From Eledone cirrhosa (taxonomy: Eukaryota), in NCBI GenBank assembly GCA_964016885.1, contig OZ024741.1, positions 100,998,001 to 101,062,000 of the forward strand: 64,000 bases of DNA, written 5' to 3'. Within the stretch, counting starts at the first letter, position 1. The number at the start of each line of letters is the position of its first letter. A program made the position numbers and the translations under genes. This document shows positions 54,209 through 64,000 of this stretch, piece after piece. A model generated the notes under the pieces. It worked only from the letters and a program-made list of their open reading frames with translations, was not told the origin of the DNA and did not search any database.

Positions 54209-57109
54209 TTAAAAAAAACAATTAGACAATGATGCCGGTGGTTGCAAAAGAGGATGTGTACTTGCCATACCATACCTACTAACAATGACGTGTCCTCGCA
54301 GAGAATGGGTGATCGATTGGTGCTACGGTACTGCATTGCTATGATACTTGAGTGACAGGGAGCAAAATTTCATCCTCGATCCCTTACTTCACACAAGAAA
54401 ATTTTGTATGAGGAACTAACAATTAGAAGAATAGAGTTTAATGCCTTTTAAAATCTGATAAAATACTGGAAATTGAGTGACAGATATCAAATGTTACATC
54501 CATGTGAACTTGGACAAAATACAGCAGCTCAACCAAATTATAGTTAGATACATATGATGAACGTAGGCCTGATATTTTGAAAGTTTCCGGGTATCTATTA
54601 GCTGAATGCATAGTTTTCAGCATGGTGTCCCGATGAATGTTTTATAGAGTTAGTTTCTTCTTTATGGCTTCGTAAGAAGAAGAAAAGAAGTGGTAGAGAA
54701 TTTAGAACCTTCCAAAATTAATGGAAGTTATCCCCAAATAAGAAAACTGGCTTAAATGCTTGCAACAGAAAAGACTGTTAAAGGCATCTAATTATCATAT
54801 GGTGGTGTTAAACGGGGCGACGGATTGACAGATGGTGTGAGGGGGTTTAATTTAGAATCTATTCGCTTTAGTAAAGATGTAGCGATAGAATATACTAGAT
54901 TATAGCCAATGGAAGAGCCTTTACACCTTCGTTTGACTTGCTAAAGATAACTGTCAAATTCTCTCAAATCACACCCAACCGTCTTGGTACAGAAATTATA
55001 CATCGAACAATGTAGTACTATCTATATAAAAATGCTGGCGTGATTTTGATCATGGATCTTCTTCACTTGGAATAAAATGGGGTTAAATAGAATAAAATAC
55101 TTAAGTAGAGAAAGTGCATTATTTCACGGCCAAGCATCTGTGTCCTCGCATAGGATGGGTGACCGACCAACGCCACGCTACTGCATTGTCAGTGACAAGG
55201 ATCGAAAACACATCAACGACCCCTTACTTCACACGTCACTCTCGTATTTTAACTCAGATAGATGCAACTTAACATTAGTATGTGCTACCTTCAACTGTAA
55301 TTATGAAAGGTGGAACAAGACTACTTTCGGGCCCCGGGGCTGGCTGACTCATCCAAACTTCGGAGAGGCGGATAATTCTTTTTATGTCTAATGACCTCGG
55401 ACCGATATACCGCAAGAACGCCATTATTATAGGCCGATACTCTTCCATACAACCAAATTTGATCAAGGTATCTTCTATATATGAGACGATATGGTGTTAC
55501 CAACGAAATGTATTTAGTTTCCGATTACCTCTAGTTTAAGAAAAATAGTTTTAAAGTCGAAGGGGATATGAATTCTTCTATGAAGAAAATTCATAATCCT
55601 CGCCACTCACAGCAGCACGATACCATTTTCGTACTACCAATTTAGTGTCTATGCGAGAGAATAAACGTGATAAGTCACCATTGCCTTCTGTTTGTGAAAT
55701 TTGTACTCAAAACACAAGGAACTGGAACAGATACTGCAAAGCATTTCGACCGATGTTCTAACAATTCCCCCAAATCCACCGCTTTGGGACTGCTACATTA
55801 TTTATTGACCCCGAAAGGATAAAAACAAAGATAACATCGGCAGGGTTTGAATTTAGAATGCAAAGACCTGGAATAAATATCGCAAAAACCCTTAATCCGA
55901 CGCTCTAACGTCTGCGCCGATTCGCCATCTATTGGATTCTAGATAAATTTTCTAAATTATAATAAATGTGTGTAAGACTTTTTATCAATGTAAGAACTTC
56001 TTATCATAAAATACAGCGGAGATATCGTGGCTGTATGGGAAATATCATATCTGGGAGGAGTTGATCTGTCTTGTGTGAGTGATGATACGCATTGTGTAGG
56101 ACGGTGAACATTCAAATGTTCGTTCAACTGAATGTTCTACTAGTTAAATTATCACGTAAGCTGCAAAGCATTCCATAAACACACGTGCTCCTGGCATAAT
56201 TTTTAAGTTGAATCAGAGTGACACAATATATATATTGTAGCACTCTGTATTACAGGTTGTGTTCGTCTATTGGTAATCGTTGAAGACCATAACTTCACCA
56301 GGCGATTTGATTGGACGTTATTTGTATGTTCTTGTCAGCGCCCAAGACCCAAATCCCCCTTCCCCCTCCCATTCTCCTGTGACCCTAGAGCCCTTGCCTT
56401 TCCCTTCCTTTTCCGTATTTATTTAGGAATATTTGTAGAATATGGTATTGTATACAATTTTTCATTTTGCTACTATGCCTCAGACAAAATGGCTCTTAGC
56501 AGTAATCAGTAAAGATTCTCAGATTCTAATAAAACTTAGTCAGTAATCCGAATCTAGCTCAGAAATAATTGTTTCTACATTTGGAACAAGGCCAGCAATT
56601 ACCTAGTACATTACTGTTACTTTATTTTATCGACCCTGTAAGGATGAAAGGCAAAGTTAACTTCGACGGGATTTGAACTCAGACCATAAAGGGACGTAAC
56701 TATGCTGGAAAGCATGGCGTCCGACTCGCCACCGATACTGCCAATTCACCGATAATAGCATCGTGTTAGGTGCATCTTTTCTACGGCTTCATATGATGTG
56801 CCAGCTGACAGGTCTTTGCAAAGCTCACGTTTGGTTTCTGCTGTCTGAATGTGTGTCTCTTGCGACGATTTTCTGCTTCTGTCGTTGAGGGTGCACTATA
56901 GGGGACCTGTTCCGAGCAATCTTTAGCCAAGATTCTATGTCAATGTTCATGGCTCACTTTTTTCTGGCCGTCAACTCTTCTTTTCCCTGTAGCAAGCTCA
57001 CCATCAAAAAATTGTGAGACTGAAGGAACCACAATTGCTAGTTTCATCTTTTCCCTCTCTCAAAACAATTGTTCGTGATTCCAAACCCCCCAAAAAGAAT
57101 AGTGTATGG

Positions 57110-57435
57110 TAGAGGTTCTCAAACTTTTTGGGTCACCGACCCCCTCACGACACGTAATACCCTTAGCGCCCTCAACCCTATTTGCCTACACGCAAATTGT
57201 AAATAATATATAATAAATAAAATCATTAATTCATATATAATAAATAATATAATATATACTATGTATAAATAAATATATATTTTTTATTTTACTATATTTA
57301 TATATAATATATATCATTTGATATTTAATATACTATTATATCATCTCTATTACCACCACCCCACTAGGCCCCAGCGCCCCCTGGACCTTCTCAACGCCCC
57401 CTGTGGTGTGGTAGCGCCCACTTTGAGAACCTCTG
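57110..57435. mobile_element. hAT (Charlie-like) MITE with 8-bp TSD
   Basis: TIR (t)agaggttctcaaa / tttgagaacctctg; TSD gtgtatgg at 57102-57109 and 57436-57443. Confidence 0.9.
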
Positions 57436-57443
57436 GTGTATGG

Positions 57444-57930
57444 TGTTGTGAACGCTGGTATAACTTCTGTTTTTGTTCATATTTTTGTTCATATCATACC
57501 TTGTGCTGTTATTACTGGCACAGTTTTTATCTCCATGTCCAACAACTTGTGTATTTCAATTTCAAAATTATTGTATTTTGACAGCTTTTCCATTTTTTTT
57601 TTTTTTTCGGGCAACATTTTGGTCGGATGGGATTACGGCGTCTATCAGTGTGCATCTGATTTTCTAGTCTTTGATTGTTATGCCTTGAGGGTTTGCCTTG
57701 AATTCTTTGTCAGTTTTGGACGGGCATATCCCAGATGATTGTGGCTAGGTTGTCATGTACCGTTTTTGGTACATGTTTATACTACGTCTTGTCCCTTTTC
57801 GCATCGAAGTGTTGGTGTACTGCCCAGTCTATATAGCTGCCAGTTCCATCATGCCTGGACAACCAGAGATAATGTGGTTATCCGTCTCATTGCACTCGTT
57901 ATACATTCTGTATTTGCTGTTAGGATCTGT
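57444..57930 (-). mobile_element. R4/Dong-like RLE fragment, degenerate
   Basis: Reverse translation ATIIWDMPVQ-TDKEFKAN..., homologous to the LWDFRIQTD region at 5.7 kb. Confidence 0.6.
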
Positions 57931-58611
57931 TTTCATTATTTTGTTCATAAAGGGCGGTGGATTGGCAGTATCGGTAAAGTGTCGGACATCCTGCTTTGCC
58001 GTATAGAGTTACGTCCCTTTACGGTCTGAGTTCAAATCCCGCCGAGGTAAACTTTGCCTTTCATCCTTACGGGGTCCTCTGGGTTAGATGACTGCCTTGT
58101 GCCTAAAGTAGAAACAATTATTTTGTTCTTATAGTTGCTTTTAGCTAGACATTGGTCTTGTGCTGCAACAATCTGTTCTTCTCTTTCTCAACAATTGTTG
58201 ACTTCCACTTAGGTTTACATCTCTGTTGGGTCATGCACGTTATTAACTATGGAGTACTGTTCCTCTCCATTTTCCCTTTATCAGGTTTTTTTTTAAATTT
58301 TTATTCTTTAAGAATATTTATTGTGTTGTTATCTAAATTAATTTAATTCTTAACCCGCAAGAGCATTTTTGAGCAATTATGTTTTCCATGACATTTTTCA
58401 CTTGAGCATGAGATGAAATGGAGGTGGGGGTGGCATAACTAATTCCTTCTCCTCCTCTCTTTTTCTTAATGCATTTATTGATGTATACAACGAAATCCAG
58501 TCTTAGGCAGGACAGGATTTTCAGCTACTGAGGCTCTAAGCGATATGCAATTTGGGGCTCTTCTCTAAAAAATTATACAATTATTATTTTTATATTAATG
58601 TTAGTGATAAA

Positions 58612-58695
<84 letters not shown>

Positions 58696-58726
58696 ATATG
58701 TATATATATGTATGTATATATATATG

Positions 58727-58757
<31 letters not shown>

Positions 58758-59874
58758 ATGTGTGTGTGTGTATACATTTTGTGATTTAGTATTAATGATA
58801 AAGTAAAAGTATATTTTTTTAAATGAGGCCCTCGCGGGTGTGTGGCCTTATTTAGTTTTTAGGTAAGTCCAGCATTGGCCGTAAGTCAGCCCAAATCGAG
58901 CAGACCTATGATCAAAGATATTCTAGCTATAGCCATTTCGTTTGTAATTGTTTTCTTATGTACGGGGAACTCAGGATTACATTATCAAAAATATTCGTAT
59001 TTTAAAAAGTAGGATGTCAATTGATAGATATTGACAGAAGCGGACTGGGTTTTAAAATCGATATCTGTCAACTATAAGGTCGGTTTATTGCTCCTTAAGG
59101 TTTTTTACAGTTGTCTTTTTTTTTTAAAACTCAGCTCAGTGACCTCCGCCACCCCAAATCGCCCTCGAACATTTTACAACTAACCATTTGGTCAATCCAC
59201 CTTTACGCGCTGGTTTGCTATTTTTAAGAGCGACTACATTGATGCTCCCTCATTGGCTCATTAACAGACCTACCAACCTCTAAAAAATCAAACGGGGAGT
59301 ACCATGAAAAGAAAGTGCCTCAAAACAGGGAGAAATTAGGTGAAATGAGGAGATTTTACATAATGACAGCTCTCACTCACCCTAAAGTGGGTGGGAGATC
59401 TCCCCGTCCGACGGAGAGAGTTGACAGGTCTGCATTAAGAATATATGTAACGTGACAGGTGAAATACACAATACATACAATATATTGTAAACACATTTAG
59501 CTGAAAGTATCTACTGCTATTTTGTTGTGTTAGTCTTTGTTAGTTGTTGAATTAAGAATTGTTCTCTGAGTAAAAGCTAGCTTAATAACATTCGTAATAT
59601 TCTTGTTTCTGCTGTTTATTTACTCGGCTGGAAAATATTCACCTAGTGGTAAGTAGTCCAAAGTAGACGCTGGAATTGCTCTTGTTGTAATAGTCGTTAT
59701 TGTTATTGTTGTTGTCGATGCTATTAGTGGTAGGGGTAGTGTTGTTTGCTGTAGTTTATCAAAGTCTAATAGCAATTTATAATCACCTGCTACTATATTT
59801 ACGTTAGTTGGTTTGTTATGACGATAAAAGTTAACTTAATGTATCAGTCTATGTATATGTACACACACACACAC

Positions 59875-59961
<87 letters not shown>

Positions 59962-60229
59962 TATATACACACATATATATATATATAAATATATACATAT
60001 ATATATACACACATATATATATATATATATATATCCATATATTTATATATAGGAACCAGTAAGACCCCGACGGCTGAGCTCAAGCCGTTTCGACGGCTAA
60101 CCGTCGAAACGGCTTGAGCTCAGCCGTCGGGGTCTTACTGGTTCCTATTACCCACTCTACTACCCCAAGTATTGAGTACTTTGGTGCGTTATGGTCCACC
60201 TGGTTCCTTACCACATTTCCTTCGTTATA

Positions 60230-60273
<44 letters not shown>

Positions 60274-60288
60274 AAAAGCACTGGATAT

Positions 60289-60331
60289 GTAGTCCTGAAG
60301 ATTTCTAACAAGAATGAAACGCGTAGATTAC
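60289..60331 (+). ncRNA. Minimal type I hammerhead ribozyme motif
   Basis: gtagtc-CTGAAGA-tTTCT aaca AGAAt-GAA-ACGCGT-A-gattac. 6-bp stem I, GUA triplet. Confidence 0.8.
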
Positions 60332-60453
60332 TTCCCTTGCTTTTATCGAGAATCTAATTGTAATACGTGACGTATTCTATTCTATAGCGATTAGGTCTTC
60401 AAAATGTTTATTATAAACATACAGAATATTTTCGAATATTCTATGTCTATATT

Positions 60454-60568
<115 letters not shown>

Positions 60569-61215
60569 ACATGCCAACACAAGAGCGAGAATGAGGGGCT
60601 CATTCTACTGACATGGCTTATAAAAGAGGCTGTTTGCATAGTTGCAAACGAATCGAATATTATTATTAATATTCGAAAAACTCAGATTACATTTATATAT
60701 ATATATACGTTTTATTTTGTAGTCTTGACAACTGTAACTGGTTTTCTTTCATTCAAAAATTAGCTAGTCCACCTACATTACATGTTTTAACGGTACTTTT
60801 TGTCATCAATTTTCTCTAATATTTGTTACATACACCGACAAGTCACATTCATACACAATGCCTAAACACCTTCACGAACTATGATTGGGCCTTCCCACCT
60901 ATATATGCAGTGATACACGCAAAATTAAGAACACCTACACACTCACTTGTCCTTCTTTTTTAATTTATACATTTTTTCTAAAAAAGAATTTCTTCCTATT
61001 TCTTCTATTTTTCCACTTGTACTCTGCTGAAGTTCGATACATTGAACGTCTTTTTTTCTTCTCTTCTATCGAAGTGAACCTAATGCCATTAATTATTTTA
61101 TATCTCTGTGTTTACCACCGATTACCGATTGAACTCGGGATAAACTTATCTTTTAGCACTTACTGTGCCCCTCTTAACGATCACCGAAGCCATTTCTATA
61201 TTCTTTTTATATACA

Positions 61216-61335
<120 letters not shown>

Positions 61336-61386
61336 CATACGTACGTACGTACATACATACATACATACATACATACATACATACAT

Positions 61387-61465
<79 letters not shown>

Positions 61466-61639
61466 GAAATGGCTTCGGTGATGGTTAAGAGGGACACTGA
61501 AAGTGCTAAAAGATAAGTTTATCCCGAGTTCAATCGGTGGTAAACACAGTAAGTAAGGTACTCAATACAAATAGTATAAATATTGCCAATACCAAAGCCA
61601 TTTCTGTATTGAATTTGTACACTTTGCTATGTATTGAGT

Positions 61640-61797
61640 AAGATATTTTCCCGCAAAAATTTGATTACACTGTTTTGTTTCCACTTATGTATTTTTTGAA
61701 AATGTTATTTATTCATTATAAAAATTAAATGATACCATTCTATGTGTAGGTGGGCCCCCTTCCTCTGGCAACCAATATTTTTAAATCTAGTCAGCCA

Positions 61798-61852
<55 letters not shown>

Positions 61853-62702
61853 GCCAATCATTGTAAGTTTGAATCTAACTGACATGCAAAAACATGTATA
61901 TAGGAATAAGGTAAGCCCAAATCATAGTAGAGTCAAATATCACAGAGAGAAAGAGATAGCGAGGGGGGGGGGGTTAGAAATGAGGTGGAACAGAAATGAA
62001 ACATGGATTACAGGTTAAAATATAGATATATGTGAAAGAAAAGAGGGTGTAGTTTATGGAACACCAAAATCATTTAGAAGTCGACCTTAAGTAGGAGCAA
62101 TAACATTAAGACAGACATGAACGACCCACAACAGTGCTTTGAAAATTTTGAAAGTAGGTTTATAAGTATGAATTTTCATAAGATTTTCGTAGCTGTCTCT
62201 GTGGTCTAGCGGTAGGTACTAGAGATGGTAGAGATCCTGACCTTGGGTTCAATCCTGGTCAAAAGGTACATGTAACCTTTTTTCAGTTTTTATTTTATAA
62301 CCAGTAGAAAAAACTGAAAAGGCTTACCGGGAGCCCCACTCCAAGTAAGCCACGACACAGCTACAAAAGTCTAATGAAAATTGATGATTATAAACCTACA
62401 TTCACAATCAAAGTTAAAAAGATGAGTTGTAGTTCATGGCTTTCCTAGAGCTATTAGTAATATTTAGGGTCGACTTCTGGTCATTATTGAAAGTCTATCG
62501 ATTTCGCAAAATACACAATATTTTTATTGGAGAAGGAAAGATATTTTTCCGCAAAAATTTGATTGCACTGTCTTGTTTCCTCTTATGTATTTTTCGAAAA
62601 TGTTATTTATTCATTATAAAAATTAAATGGTAGCATTCTATATGTAGGTGGGCCCCCTTCATCTCCTGGCAACCAATATTTTTAGACCCAGTCCGTCACT
62701 GT
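61640..62702. repeat. Two copies of a ~160-200 bp DNA-transposon-like end (61640-61800, 62500-62702)
   Basis: Shared aagatattttcccgcaaaaatttgatt...gtaggtgggccccct...ggcaaccaatattttta...cactgta. Confidence 0.7.
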
Positions 62703-63127
62703 ATATATATATATCCAAAGAAAGTGATAGAATAAAGATCTTATCCCATTTAATGCTTTGCATTACTACCGATTAGTACACATAGACAGAGTTCAAGAAG
62801 CTGGAATGAAATTGTTTGCAATATGTCTATATAAGGAAGCAATGCCTCGTCAGAAGCAAATTAAGCAAAGAAAAATGGAAAAGTCGAGCCCTTTAGGGAA
62901 AGATGGAGGCCAGTGGAGATTACATTTCAATATTACCAACAAAACAGATTAAGATGTATTACTACAAAAAAGTAACCGTTATATTTACGTCATAGGGACA
63001 CTAGCTAATTAATTGTTTAAGATAATTACGAAAATCCAAAATTAAAGTCTAAAATATAATTGTCAAAGAGAGATAACTGGTACTAACAGAAAAAATATTT
63101 CCCATCGCCCATATAGAGATATACATT

Positions 63128-63236
<109 letters not shown>

Positions 63237-64000
63237 GCGCGTTTATGTATTTGTTCTGCAAGATTCTTGATGTGAAGTCGTGTGTTGAAACCGATATTGT
63301 TATATTTGAGTATGGTCATTTTGCCAATATTGCCAATACCAAAGTTCTTTCGTCACCCATTCTGGGAAACCCTCAATGATTATTTGTTTTGTGCCTCCTC
63401 TTTTTCCTGGTCTTAAACTTCTACGCCAACTTGTCTTTGTTTTGTGGTGTGTTTTTTGTGTGTCGTGTCTGTGCATGCGTTTGCGTTTGCATCTCTGTGT
63501 GTATGTATTTTTGTGTTTGTATTTTTGTGTTTGTGCATGCGTTTGCGTTTGCATCTCTGTGTGTATGTATTTTTGTGTTTGTATTTTGTGTTTATATTTT
63601 TGCTACATGTGTTTTGTGTGCGTGGGTTTGTATCGTTTGCTGTTTGTGTTTTTATTCTATCTTCAGTCATTAAGTTGTGGGTTGTTACTATTCCACTCGT
63701 GTTTTCTGTTCAGGCTAGGACTATCTTCTATTATGTGTGTGGCCTCCGTAATTTGTCTGAGTGTTGCCATAGTTCTATGTGTGGACAGGATCTTTATTTC
63801 TATGTTATCTATTGAACCCTCGTGTTCTAGCGTGGCATGTTGGTTTATAACTGATGAGCTTTTTCTCCTCCTTAAGTTCTCGCCCGTGTTTCTTTAATCC
63901 CTCTCCTATACTATGGGCTGTCTCTCCTGTGTATGTCGTTGCATTGTTTCTGCATCGTCCCTCTCTACATCTTATCCTATAGACTACATTTCCAGTTTTA

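Noticed and set aside
62196-62268. tRNA gene
   Set aside because: A and B boxes are present but no consistent cloverleaf or anticodon arm; likely a SINE head or pseudo-tRNA.
63320-64000. 173-aa hydrophobic ORF
   Set aside because: TG-rich low complexity with an internal ~62-bp duplication; probably the antisense of a decayed retroelement.

Overview
Repeat-saturated, AT-rich eukaryotic DNA. The SINE repertoire and microsatellite load suggest an octopod cephalopod; this is an inference. Most listed ORFs are microsatellite artefacts. One host gene can be reconstructed by hand: a 4-coding-exon TMIE-like gene (transmembrane inner ear family) on + (26554-26643, 28655-28802, 32733-32876, 34128-34291; 181 aa; canonical GT-AG introns, phases 0/1/1). 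The ORF track shows only two of its exons, as fragments. The second main signal is a dense set of type I hammerhead-ribozyme (HHR) motifs, 10 with intact catalytic cores and 3 degenerate. They sit in short Penelope-like terminal fragments abutting (TA)n tracts, often as fold-back palindromes, and one is on the sense strand inside TMIE intron 2. The rest is TE debris: a near full-length RTE LINE nested in a SINE; RTE, R4/Dong, CR1, CRE and Ingi/Vingi-like fragments; two mariners; hAT remnants and MITEs (one family with 6-bp TSDs); Helitrons; many tRNA-derived SINEs; and minisatellites. All calls come from manual reading; no searches or folding were run.
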